Source: Schizochytrium sp. TIO01 (lineage: Eukaryota > Protista > Bigyra: Labyrinthulomycetes). From it: a stretch of DNA of 64,000 nt. The stretch lies in assembly GCA_004764695.1 (NCBI GenBank), contig SMSO01000032.1, positions 3,442,483 through 3,506,482 on the forward strand, written 5' to 3'. The notes below the pieces were generated by a model. It was not told where the DNA came from and searched no databases. It worked only from the letters and a program-made list of their open reading frames with translations. Positions 1-10,485 of the stretch are shown here, in pieces (position 1 is the first letter of the stretch; each line of letters opens with the position of its first letter). Made by a program: the position numbers and the translations under genes.

Positions 1-3000
1 TATTGACGTAAAATTTCAATAGGAGGCTGGGCACCGTAGACTTCCTTTGCTGGCATGTTAAGGTCATCCACCATAATAACCAAGCGTTGACCAATAGGAG
101 GACCAAAAATACCCTTGCGACGCTTGTCGAGCTTGCCATCAATGATATCCTGCGTTTGATTAGCACTAGTTTGAGCACTAAAGTTGATAAACATGGGCTT
201 GTAGACGGCTTGATTAACCTCCAGAAGCAAAACTTTCTTTAAACTCACAGTTTTTCCTGTACCTGTTGCACCAGTGACAAGCACAGACTGTCCATGCTCA
301 ATAAGGCGTTGCATAATCCACTCGTTACGAGTAGTGTCTACTGTAGGAACCAGGATATCTTGATATTGTGTTTCCGAGCCCGGCATAAACCGTGGGGTAA
401 TATCTTGCCATGGCGTCCAGTTACCCTTGTCGCAGAAGAAAACATAATCGAAAATACTACCCTGATCAAAGGGCATCGGGGTTCGTAACTCGCGAGGCTC
501 GTCCATAGCATTTTTGTATGACGGGTTCTTAAGCACGAACTGGTCCCAAGCTGCCTGGCCCTCCATTGTGCCAGTAATGAGCCGCTTGAAGAAGTTGTCA
601 AGGTTCTGATGACCACGCGCGTCAGTTACACCACCGACTGCCCAGATCAAAGCAAACAGGAAGGCACCTTCAACAACCCGTAGAGGGTCCTTTGGCGCTT
701 CTTTATCCTTTGCTGTGAAAGGATCAAACAGTGTGCTGTACATAAGCCGAAGAACAGACGCACAAAGCTCGCTATCTGTTATTGGGGTTGGAATTGCGCA
801 GGCATCACGGAGCTGAAATACTAATGGCTCAAAGTATGCATTGAATAGTGTCAAGATCTCTTCACCTGCTCCGCACTCTGACAAAAGCATGGGCAGTTTA
901 TTGACCCAGGAGCGTACAAGAGGCCGCCATCCCAGACGTTTTTGCTCCAAGAAGACCATACCTACACGAGAAACTGTGGCTGGACTAGCCTCTTCAAGAT
1001 CTTCTGGCTCGAACATCATAGTCATTCGAGCCGACATTTTCACGATCTCACCACTTTGCAAACATAGCTTCTTGTTATCATCAAGGACAGTATTCATATC
1101 CTCAATCCATACGGCATCTACAGGGCCATCAAACATAATCCACTGGCGATCCTCACTTGTGTCTTTAGATGCATTTCTGTAGGTCACAGCAAGAATACCA
1201 TCAGTCCATTCGTGTGTGTTCTCGTCAAAGGAGCCGTACAGCTGTCCCTGGGTAATAGATTTGGGGTTCATTGTATAAATCTTTACAGCTCCCTCAAACT
1301 TCGGATCATCACGAATGCGAGTCATTGCTTTGGCCAAAGTATGGGTCACACGAGTTTTTCCTGAGAACGTTTCTCCGACAACCATGAGACCGTGACGGAC
1401 GCATACAGTCTCGTAGAGCTGAATAACTGCACGCAAGAATGGTTCGTCCAATTGAAGATTGTCTTCTTTGCAAACTTCTCCAATCGCTTGTAGTAGAGTA
1501 CGGTAGTCAGGAGTGGGGAGTTCAACACCTGGAAACAAATCGGAGGTAATACCCTTGAACAAAGGAATATCAGCCGTGTTGAACTTTGGCAAGTTAACAT
1601 CTGTGACAGCCGAAAGAACAATCATGGCTTCCGACCAGACATCACCGAGGTCTTGACGAAGCTTGCCGGCACGCACAAGAATCGAGAAGACAGCACGCAT
1701 ACCATAATCGTAGTGCTTTTGGGAACTCAACTGTTCTGAACACAGAATCAAGACTTGAGTAAGCTTCCGCGCCAAATTACGATTATCCTCAAAACCAAAT
1801 GAAAACAACTTAATCTCTGCAATCAGAGCATAATCTGGCACCATCATAGCACACGGACGAAAGAGAGCTTGCAAGTTATCAGGAAGCTCCTGACGACCAG
1901 CATAACCGGGGTTCATAGTAATGAAGGAGTTGGCATCAGGATTCAATGTTAGTGTGGAGCCTTCAAAGTCGAATCGCTTGGCTCGTGCACGTTTGGCCTT
2001 CACAATTGTAAGGATTTGCTGAGCAATCACAGACAACACCTCAAGTTCAATACGATTGAACTCATCAAAGCATGCCCAAGCACCAGCCTGGGCCAAACCC
2101 TTGAAAAATTTCGCCATAGCAAGGTAATCAAGACCATCAGAGCAGTTAAACACAACACACTGTTTAGCAATTGCCTTGGATAAATCCTTGGTTGTCTCTG
2201 TTTTTCCAGTACCAGCAGGACCTGCAGGTGCACCACCATAAAGGAGGGATACGGCGCCCATAAGTGTACGGTAGCAACGATCTGTAAGAGGGGTAATGAC
2301 AAGACGAGAGCTGTTACCAAGATACTCGTAGGCATAAAGTTGCGTCGCATTTAGAATGCGCACAACCATGTTGTTTGGATCCTTACCATAACGAGCAAAA
2401 TCATCATCGTACAGTTCCCAGTAGTAGCGAAGCTGAGACATCCATTCGAACTCATTTGGGTCGCTTACTTTCTTTTCCGCCATGTCCGCAACTACATCCC
2501 GCTGGTGGATATCAATAACAGACAATGCACCCAAAGTTGTTCGCTCCATCTTGCCAATATTACCACGCACCAAATGCACAATTTGCAAAAGCTGCTTATT
2601 GAGCTGCTCCGTGTACTGATCGAGCATTCCCTCCTTAATTGCTTCTGTAACCTCCTTGGTCCAGAAAAGCTGACTCGCATTCAGCACAACCTGTCCTGGC
2701 CATGAGATCACCCACTTTGCACGCTCCGGGTTTACCTCAAAATTTTCCATTTCAGGATAAACCTTTGCCGCAGCTTGAAGAATCTCCTTTACTGTGATAC
2801 GCATCGACATCTCAAAGTCACTGAGCCATAACTCTACATTACCCTTATTCGGGCCAGAGTTGGGGTCCACAACAATTGACAGATCTACAATTTCACCTTC
2901 GTTGGACTGAAGGCGAGGAATTCGCAAATCTTCATTACCACCGGCGATAAAAGGCTCACCACGGGGAGGGTTTTGCTGGTCTGGAGGTACCATATCCTTG

Positions 3001-6000
3001 CCAAAGACGACACATCCTACACCTTCAAAACATTTTTGCAAGAACGGCTGAACAGCTCTTGGATCTTTAGTCTGCGACACAATCTCCAAAAGTTCATCGT
3101 TACTGAGAAAGAAGAATCGAGCAAAAGCCATACGCTTCACCTCAAGGTAATCGTTAAGACCCTTCTGAATTTGGTCAAGCCTCTCATTAGCTTGCTTGAA
3201 ACGATCAACTAGAGTGTCATCACTCGTAGTATTAATTACACTAGGCGACTCGTAGATTTTGCCCAATACCTTTCGCCAAACGCCATCTACAGAGTTAAAT
3301 CGACGTCCTTCTGTGGGCATTTGTCGCATAATATCATCAGAACCGAAAATTGGTTCAAGGTACATCCATGCCCTCTGGCACTTTAGCATCTCGTCAATAA
3401 GAGTTTGAATATACATGAGACGCTTCTCCCAGGAGAGAGCTTTGTCTTTGATTGGTTTAATGTACGGACTTCCAACCATGGTTTGCACCTTCACAATATG
3501 ATCATCAAGAAGAGCAATCACATCATCAGTTCCTTTGATGACATAAGTTCCAGTATTCTTATATTCCATGGTCTGAAAGTCAATTCCATTCCACTCTGCA
3601 ATCATATTTTCGATATTCTTCTCCAGAGCAAACTCTTTTTCTGCTTTGACAGTGATTGTTTCGACCTCTTCCATGCGGTCCATAATGTTTAAGTCGATCA
3701 GTCTCTGCAGCGTGAGATCATTAGGGCTAATTTCCTCTTGGATAAGCTCACCAAGCGCCGTCCAGTGACGATCACGCAATGCAGGACTAGCGAGTGCTCG
3801 AATCAGTGGCATATAGCTCTTAAAGGCATCAGAATCCTGCCGTAAAATTTGAGCAATTGCTGCTGCACCTTCATTTTCAGATCCGAAAGACTTCATAAGT
3901 CTGTATGAAGTTGTCCACCATTCTAATACTTGCTTTTCAACTTCGTCACCGTTTACATCAGAAAATGGACCTGTCAGCCACTCTTTAGTTGAGGCAACAA
4001 AGTCTGCAGACATGGTCCATAGCTGGAAGAATGGCTCAAATTGCTTCTTACAAAGGTCTAGGGTGGGGTAATCGCCCGTGTCAAAACCAAATGCACGATC
4101 TCGCAGATTGAAGTTGGCAATTTGCTCCACAGCTTGATTGAGCTTTTCCTCAATTGCATAGGCCTCTGAAACAATGTCATTGAGTTTATTGTAATCGTCG
4201 TGCTTCTCGAAGGCCTCCACTTCAAGGGCATACTGATCAAGTGCATGATCAAACTCCTCCTTTTCACGTGCCAAAGCTTCAATCATGGCAACTTTGTCAA
4301 CCTCAAGGGCACGCATGGTGGCTGCTTGTGCCCCGAAGATACGGTTCGGCCAAAGTTTGAGACTCCATGCAAGCTGAAAATCCTCAGGTGGGATCTCACA
4401 GCCAAACTCCTCAAGCATATTATTCCAGCTGTGAATATCAGCCACTGCGTCCGCAAGACCTTCCATGCGAATCATAGCCTCTTCGATGAACTCCTCAAGA
4501 TCGACGAGTTCAATCTCATTCTTAGGCTTTGTTGCAATTCGCTGCAGAATTTTTTCATACTCTTCAGTCAAGTTCTCCGCTCGCTCACGTTGAATATCTA
4601 AGAGGTATTGTGCGAAAGCATCAATTTGCTCTTTAGCACGCTGTGCAAGGGTTTCCTTAACTGAAATACTATTAAGCAAGAAGCAGCCACACATCTCATC
4701 GTGAAAGGTTTCATTCATAACTGCATGCATAGCTGTATAGAACTTTGAAATTTCCTCCCGGAACTCATCACGTGTGATGGGTACCTCTACAAGTTCATCT
4801 TGCTCTTCTTCTTCCTCTTCCTCCTCTTCCTCCGCTTCCTCTTCTTCCGCACCTTCTGCATCTTCGCCATCTCCCTCGTCGCCATCAGCGTCATCATTAT
4901 CTTCCGCATTGCTACGGCTCTTGGCAGTAGCATTACCCTTGGAGTTCTCCGATACTTTGGCTTCACCACCGTCAGCAGCTTCCCCAGCTGCTTCCGCTGC
5001 AGCTGCAGCTTCTTCGGCTTCGGCGGCAAGTTTCTTTGCCTTCAACTCCTTTTTAGAGACTAGCTTAGGCTGGGCAAACGTATCTACATGAACAAAAGGC
5101 TCATCATGAAGAAGCTGCAGATAGTCATCATACAAACCAGCGATCTTCAAAGCAGCATCAAAGTCATGCTGCAAGAGGTCCTCAACACGCTTCCGTGAAG
5201 CTTTTAGCTGATGATTTACAGTTGCAACCATTGGATTGTCAGATTCATTGATGACAACTGGGTCATCGATGTAAAGAAGTGACTTTGGATCAAGCTCATG
5301 TAGCGAAAGAAGTTCGTGGTCCACGGTGTAAAGACCTCGGACAGCTTTCACAAATTCATCCATGACCTTCAAAGCACTATCTTGAATGTCATCTAACGAA
5401 GGAAAAACTACAACCTTGCCATTAGACTCTTGCAATTGGACTAAAAGGAATGACGCAGTATCCCGAAGTGCACTGCCCTTTGATTCAGTATCGAACATGC
5501 TGGACCATTCTGTCAAGGAACGGAGCGCAATATCTTGTAATTGGAAGGCCATCTGAATTTGAAATCGAAGGAGGACCTTGGCAGTATCAGAATTGCGAAT
5601 AACTTCCAAGTCGTTTTCGTAAAAGTTGTAGTCGCTAGCAAGATTATCGAGCATGCTATTTGCAACTCCCTGCCACCAAGAGCGCTGTAGCTTGGTAGCG
5701 ATCCAACTACAATGGTCAATCTGGCGTTCAATAAAATCACTCAGCTCAAACACTTCTTTGCAAGCAGGATCTGCGAGGGAAGGGTCAACCAAAAGTGCCT
5801 TGGCAAACTCATCTCGCCAGGTATCTTCAAGCCAAGAGACTGTTGAGGCCATTCCACTAGTACCCGACCAATGAGCCTTGCTGATGATCTTGTGCGACTC
5901 TTCATAAGACGTAGCACCGTTTGGAAGTTGTAGCTTGCCAAAACGCGGTGCCGCGGGTTTAGTTGGGAAGGGCGGCAATTTGAGCTCTTGCATACGCTGT

Positions 6001-7019
6001 TGCATACCTGAGTCAGATTTGCAGATTTCTCGTAGAATAATCTTTTGCATTGTGCTAACATACATGAGATCAACGTCCTCAATGAGTGATCGTGTAAGGT
6101 CAAGCTTGGTTTGTTCATAAGTGTAAGGAAGCTCGATTTCCTGTTGGCGCTGCTCAAGCCGTGCTGTTGCTAAATGATACATCTGCTCCCAGACTGGCTC
6201 AGATAAAGGAGCAATTTCCTCAGCGTTTTGTCGAGAAGCAAAATACTCAAGCCTTACCATGGCTTTAGCCATTTCCCGCATCTCGCTTGTTTGGCGCAGA
6301 CGCTCCATAAACATTGTCTCACTCTCAGTATCAAACATCAGATTAAGACGTTTGACCCACTTTGACTTGCCGTTGCAGCGAAAGACAATTTCATATTGCA
6401 TCTTCTTTGGCTCATAAGCGAGCACGTCACAAGCGGCCCATGTCCACTCACCATCCATATATAACCGAGACCGACCGGTTTTGCAATGCTCAAGCCATTC
6501 TTCTGGGCCGTACTTTTCAAAGTCACTATTATCAAAGAGCTCAAGAGGAACCTTACTTTGGTCAAGACGAAGAAAGTCCTCATCCTCAAGTCCACGCTTC
6601 TCAAGGTCCTCTTCGTAGCTTCGTTGCCTTTCTTTAGCCTGCCGCTCTTTTGTTTCGGCCGATGTGCGCTCGTCCTGAAGGTTCCGCTGAGTCCTCAATT
6701 CCGAAGGGAAAGGCTTCACATGCTCGCTACGTACGCGAGGTGCACGAGCTTCTTGGTTACTGTAGTGAGCTTTCCAGCGACGTGGGATATTGGTATGGTC
6801 GAGCATGGTATCTTCGCGAATACCTTCAAGTCCGGCTAAGGATGAGCTCCCATGAAGAGGCTTCTTCTTTCGCTTTTGGTACTGATCTTCGCCTCCAATT
6901 ACAGACAGTGATGCAAGAGACGTATTTCCCGAGAGCATCTCCTTCGTGCTTTGTAGCTCTGCATCTGACCGAGCACGACGAATTTTGTCATCGCGCTCTG
7001 CGCCACTACCGCGCAACAT
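1..7019 (-). CDS. DNAH1: Axonemal (inner-arm, DNAH1-like) dynein heavy chain; N-terminal ~2340 aa, continues off the left edge
   Basis: ATG at 7019 in ctaaaATG context, same frame as the codons at the window edge (VIMVDDLNMPAKEVYGAQPPIEILRQ). AAA1 P-loop GGAPAGPAGTGKTET (~2195-2237), AAA2 GETFSGKT (~1355-1380), AAA3 GATGTGKT (~250-275). N-terminal PLELFDNSDFEKYGPEEW resembles the DNAH1 N-terminus as I recall it. Frame was spot-checked, not translated throughout; subfamily is less certain than family. Confidence 0.95.
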   Translation of the reverse strand, partial: MLRGSGAERDDKIRRARSDAELQSTKEMLSGNTSLASLSVIGGEDQYQKRKKKPLHGSSSLAGLEGIREDTMLDHTNIPRRWKAHYSNQEARAPRVRSEHVKPFPSELRTQRNLQDERTSAETKERQAKERQRSYEEDLEKRGLEDEDFLRLDQSKVPLELFDNSDFEKYGPEEWLEHCKTGRSRLYMDGEWTWAACDVLAYEPKKMQYEIVFRCNGKSKWVKRLNLMFDTESETMFMERLRQTSEMREMAKAMVRLEYFASRQNAEEIAPLSEPVWEQMYHLATARLEQRQQEIELPYTYEQTKLDLTRSLIEDVDLMYVSTMQKIILREICKSDSGMQQRMQELKLPPFPTKPAAPRFGKLQLPNGATSYEESHKIISKAHWSGTSGMASTVSWLEDTWRDEFAKALLVDPSLADPACKEVFELSDFIERQIDHCSWIATKLQRSWWQGVANSMLDNLASDYNFYENDLEVIRNSDTAKVLLRFQIQMAFQLQDIALRSLTEWSSMFDTESKGSALRDTASFLLVQLQESNGKVVVFPSLDDIQDSALKVMDEFVKAVRGLYTVDHELLSLHELDPKSLLYIDDPVVINESDNPMVATVNHQLKASRKRVEDLLQHDFDAALKIAGLYDDYLQLLHDEPFVHVDTFAQPKLVSKKELKAKKLAAEAEEAAAAAEAAGEAADGGEAKVSENSKGNATAKSRSNAEDNDDADGDEGDGEDAEGAEEEEAEEEEEEEEEEQDELVEVPITRDEFREEISKFYTAMHAVMNETFHDEMCGCFLLNSISVKETLAQRAKEQIDAFAQYLLDIQRERAENLTEEYEKILQRIATKPKNEIELVDLEEFIEEAMIRMEGLADAVADIHSWNNMLEEFGCEIPPEDFQLAWSLKLWPNRIFGAQAATMRALEVDKVAMIEALAREKEEFDHALDQYALEVEAFEKHDDYNKLNDIVSEAYAIEEKLNQAVEQIANFNLRDRAFGFDTGDYPTLDLCKKQFEPFFQLWTMSADFVASTKEWLTGPFSDVNGDEVEKQVLEWWTTSYRLMKSFGSENEGAAAIAQILRQDSDAFKSYMPLIRALASPALRDRHWTALGELIQEEISPNDLTLQRLIDLNIMDRMEEVETITVKAEKEFALEKNIENMIAEWNGIDFQTMEYKNTGTYVIKGTDDVIALLDDHIVKVQTMVGSPYIKPIKDKALSWEKRLMYIQTLIDEMLKCQRAWMYLEPIFGSDDIMRQMPTEGRRFNSVDGVWRKVLGKIYESPSVINTTSDDTLVDRFKQANERLDQIQKGLNDYLEVKRMAFARFFFLSNDELLEIVSQTKDPRAVQPFLQKCFEGVGCVVFGKDMVPPDQQNPPRGEPFIAGGNEDLRIPRLQSNEGEIVDLSIVVDPNSGPNKGNVELWLSDFEMSMRITVKEILQAAAKVYPEMENFEVNPERAKWVISWPGQVVLNASQLFWTKEVTEAIKEGMLDQYTEQLNKQLLQIVHLVRGNIGKMERTTLGALSVIDIHQRDVVADMAEKKVSDPNEFEWMSQLRYYWELYDDDFARYGKDPNNMVVRILNATQLYAYEYLGNSSRLVITPLTDRCYRTLMGAVSLLYGGAPAGPAGTGKTETTKDLSKAIAKQCVVFNCSDGLDYLAMAKFFKGLAQAGAWACFDEFNRIELEVLSVIAQQILTIVKAKRARAKRFDFEGSTLTLNPDANSFITMNPGYAGRQELPDNLQALFRPCAMMVPDYALIAEIKLFSFGFEDNRNLARKLTQVLILCSEQLSSQKHYDYGMRAVFSILVRAGKLRQDLGDVWSEAMIVLSAVTDVNLPKFNTADIPLFKGITSDLFPGVELPTPDYRTLLQAIGEVCKEDNLQLDEPFLRAVIQLYETVCVRHGLMVVGETFSGKTRVTHTLAKAMTRIRDDPKFEGAVKIYTMNPKSITQGQLYGSFDENTHEWTDGILAVTYRNASKDTSEDRQWIMFDGPVDAVWIEDMNTVLDDNKKLCLQSGEIVKMSARMTMMFEPEDLEEASPATVSRVGMVFLEQKRLGWRPLVRSWVNKLPMLLSECGAGEEILTLFNAYFEPLVFQLRDACAIPTPITDSELCASVLRLMYSTLFDPFTAKDKEAPKDPLRVVEGAFLFALIWAVGGVTDARGHQNLDNFFKRLITGTMEGQAAWDQFVLKNPSYKNAMDEPRELRTPMPFDQGSIFDYVFFCDKGNWTPWQDITPRFMPGSETQYQDILVPTVDTTRNEWIMQRLIEHGQSVLVTGATGTGKTVSLKKVLLLEVNQAVYKPMFINFSAQTSANQTQDIIDGKLDKRRKGIFGPPIGQRLVIMVDDLNMPAKEVYGAQPPIEILRQ

Positions 7020-8877
7020 TTTAGTGTTTCTCTATAGTTCTCTCCGGCAGGCCTACTCTTCTTTGGCCTTTGTGCACTTGCGAAGGCCTCGAACAATCAA
7101 GGCGTGGCCAGTGCTCTTGTTTAAACTTCGTTCACAGGCCCCGGCTCCACTCGCGGAGATTGTTGCCTTTCTTGCACAACGCAATGTGCTGACAAAAAAG
7201 CGAATCACAAAACAAAGAAAGTATTGAGGAGGTCTGAGCGGTGCCGTTTAGTGTCGAAGTGACCGCTTGCTTCTGCCTGTCACAGCCTTTGTTTGCGATT
7301 CGTGTGCAGCCACTTGCTGGTTCGTGACCGTTGATATGGTCTTTCGCAGACCTCGCTTGAGTGGGCGGTGCCAAGCGCTACACGCCAGGCCACTCGCAAG
7401 GCCTTGCGCCAGGCGTGTGAGATATGCCAGAATGAATGAATAGCGCCTTACTCACCCACTCTCCATTAAGCGCCTCTTTGTTTACTCGAATTCTTTCGTA
7501 TATTATAGCTGGTGAACTATCGTGTGTCAAAGGAAAAATGATGCGTTCTTTGGGTACTCTATGCGGTAATGTCTCTTTTGTTATTTGTTATGTGCGCTCA
7601 GAGCGCCCGGGTGTGTACCGCATGAAAATCTGCAAGTTAACCCAGCGGCCAAATTCGAGCTTTTCTTGCTTGCTCAGGTACAATACCAATGCCAAGGTCT
7701 TGAGTTTCATATCATCACAAGCAATCCTTGACGAACTTGCTAGTTGTCATGTTTAAATAATGGTAAATAATCGCAATTGATGCCACAAACTTCTTCTTGA
7801 CCGTCATTTCATGTCATCTTGCCACGATTCTCGATGGCAGTGCGCACGGAGGAGTCAACGGACTTCTCTCCCTTTACTTTGTGCCCCCTCCCTACCGCCC
7901 TTTGCATATATAAAGGGGGTCATATGGGGAAACCATGTTAAGTAGACAAAGCTGCAAATTTAAGGTGAGCATGGAGGGCCCCAGATTGCCGTAGTTGAAG
8001 TTTTCGAGGAGAAATTAAAGCACCACATTCAAGATATCAAACGAAATCATAACCTATCGAGAATCCGAACGCGCATCCCGGTCTCAAACGCTCTACCACT
8101 GCCAAGGGCATCGGGTCGAACAAGCGAGCTGCTTTATCCGTGCCCCAGCCTCTTCAGAGACCAGCGCTACGGCCTCTATTCATTTCGGAATTGCTGTCTC
8201 GCCCAATTTGTCTCAACCTTTGCAATGAATGAATTCCCATTGATTTGGCGAATGTTACCTATAAATAATTCTGTTTGTAGTGAGACTTGAAGATTACAAA
8301 ACTGAGCCTTCAAGTTGGCTCTAGGTAAAGGCTTCCGCTCGTCCTATGAATGACCACACAAACGAAGGGGGAGCTGCCCCAAGTCAAACGAACGCGTGAG
8401 GCCTATCGAGCCTTCGTCCGATTTGTTTCTTTCGCTAAAAGTCACTTCTCCAACGGTGGTGATACGAGCCCACCTGCGCATTCATGGCATCGCTATAACC
8501 TACTTTCTCGCCCACCTTCCCATAGTACTTTGCTCTCCACAAGTGAAACAAACGGATTTGTTTCACTTGATCCGGGTTTGCTCCACTTGTGCACCTGGGT
8601 CTCGGGACAAGCAGCGCTACAGTGGACAATGCGAGTGAATACCTACTTTCTAGAGTGGGCCTTATAAGTAGGCTATAGAGTATGAAAGTGAAGAAAACTT
8701 ATCACAAGTAGAGTATACTGTTTGCCGTGCTTTTGCAAAGCAAACTGCGCAGCGCAGCGCAGCACAGGAGCAAAGCAACGCAAAGCAGCGCAGGCGAGGC
8801 GAGCAAAGTTGCCTTTCCCGAGCGCCGCAGCGAAGAGGTCGTGGCAGATACGGGTCTGCCAGATCTTCAGGCTCGCC

Positions 8878-10485
8878 ATGCTCACTCGCCAGCTCACCGC
8901 ACCGAGCTCAGCCCGCGCCGCGCCATGCCTGGCAAGTTGTGGCAGGCGCAGGGCTTTCTCAGCGCTTGGCATTTCTTCGAGGAATGCCGCGAATCAGATT
9001 GCTGATGATCGACATGCGGCACGGGCGAGCACACATGCCTCTGCACCTACGTCGCATTCGGGTCTTGGTCTGAGGGCTTCTGTGTCGTCAGCTGTGCTGC
9101 CTTCCGTGGGAGTGGCAGCTGAACGTGCTTCAGTGTCGTCTCTGGGCTTGCCAGGCGTTGGGAAGGCTTCAGACGCTCTCGCAATGAATTCTGCAATGTC
9201 AGGTGGAGACATCAAGAGCTTGGATTTGAGCTCTAGGTCGAGATTGGGATACAAATCCTTTGCTTCTGCGAGTAACACTTCCCATTGGGTAGCTCCTGCG
9301 AATATGACGCTTGCAAATGAGATCTTTGGGACGCTTGGAAGCAATGCGTCGGTCCAAGTACATGGATTGGGAATGTCAGGGATGACGACACCATCAACTT
9401 CAGTGACTGGTGCAGCAAGGAAGGATACTCTTGAGGGCTTTGTGGGAGATCTTGTGCTCGAAGGATCAAGCAGTGAAGGCCTGGGCGTGGGCGCACCTCT
9501 AATGGCAGCTGCGACTGAAGCAGCTGTGCCGACAGTTTCGGGCCCTCTCAGAGTAGTTCAAACGGGCCTCTTTGGATTGCACAGCCTGCTCGGCGGCCCG
9601 TGGTGGTTCACGATTGTCTCTGGAACCCTGCTGCTGCGATCGAGTCTTGTTCCCGTCTCAATCTGGCAGATGCGAACCACACGTCGGATGCTGGGAGGAG
9701 CGGTTGCAGGCCATATGCAGCACCTTGGAAAACTCTACACAAAGGAATTGCAGGATCCTACGGCAAATCGTGTCAAGCTCACGCAGCTCTACCTCAAGGG
9801 TGTGCGCTCAATTTTCCGCAAGTTCAAAGTCAATCCATTAGCAATTGTTGCTGTGCCAATTACTCAGCTGGCGGTTCTGCTTACTTTTGTGTGGGCAACA
9901 CGTAACCTGGTCATACATGGTGCGCTGGATCTTTCTGAGCAGGGTGCACTTTGGTTTATGGATCTTGGAGCCAAGGACACGACCATGATACTGCCTCTTG
10001 TGGCTGTGTCTCTGTCCTACTCGACCCTTGAACGATCTTTTGGTCGTACCGAACAGGTCCCAGGCCAGCCATTGTCAATCACAGCTGGTGACGTTGTCCG
10101 TGAGATTCTCCAGAGCATGCTTGTGTTTGGATTTCCCTTTATTGCTCAATTGCCGAGTGGAATTTTCATGTACTGGATCCCATCATCCTTGTTTGGCTAC
10201 GCACAGAGCTCGATTATGCGTCTGCCCTCTGTTCGCGCTGCTCTTGGCGTTGGCCCTGGGCCACAACTTAACGCTAGACCGATCGTGCAACGAATCCCTG
10301 AATCTCCTGTGCTCTTGAATCAGCGTCCTCCGCATTCTTCGAAGGCTGCCTCTGGTTCAAAATCTTCATCTGTAAACTCACCATCCTCGTCGCATGCATC
10401 GGCAACACCCTCTTCATCATCTTCACCATTATCACCACCAAACTCTTCATCTTCTTCAACATCATCCAAGCCGTCAACCAAATAA
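8878..10485 (+). CDS. Mitochondrial Oxa1/Cox18 (YidC/Oxa1/Alb3 family) membrane insertase
   Basis: Motifs PWWFTIVSGTLLLRSSLVP, GALWFMDLGAKD..ILP, LPSGIFMYWIPSSLFGYAQ. The first ATG (8878) gives an Arg/Ser/Ala-rich presequence-like N-terminus; the track's TTG start at 8722 is unlikely. Confidence 0.9.
   Translation: MLTRQLTAPSSARAAPCLASCGRRRAFSALGISSRNAANQIADDRHAARASTHASAPTSHSGLGLRASVSSAVLPSVGVAAERASVSSLGLPGVGKASDALAMNSAMSGGDIKSLDLSSRSRLGYKSFASASNTSHWVAPANMTLANEIFGTLGSNASVQVHGLGMSGMTTPSTSVTGAARKDTLEGFVGDLVLEGSSSEGLGVGAPLMAAATEAAVPTVSGPLRVVQTGLFGLHSLLGGPWWFTIVSGTLLLRSSLVPVSIWQMRTTRRMLGGAVAGHMQHLGKLYTKELQDPTANRVKLTQLYLKGVRSIFRKFKVNPLAIVAVPITQLAVLLTFVWATRNLVIHGALDLSEQGALWFMDLGAKDTTMILPLVAVSLSYSTLERSFGRTEQVPGQPLSITAGDVVREILQSMLVFGFPFIAQLPSGIFMYWIPSSLFGYAQSSIMRLPSVRAALGVGPGPQLNARPIVQRIPESPVLLNQRPPHSSKAASGSKSSSVNSPSSSHASATPSSSSSPLSPPNSSSSSTSSKPSTK

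Noticed and set aside
294-7374. Dozens of 60-140 aa ORFs over the first 7 kb
   Set aside because: Antisense or off-frame shadows of the dynein CDS and its promoter.
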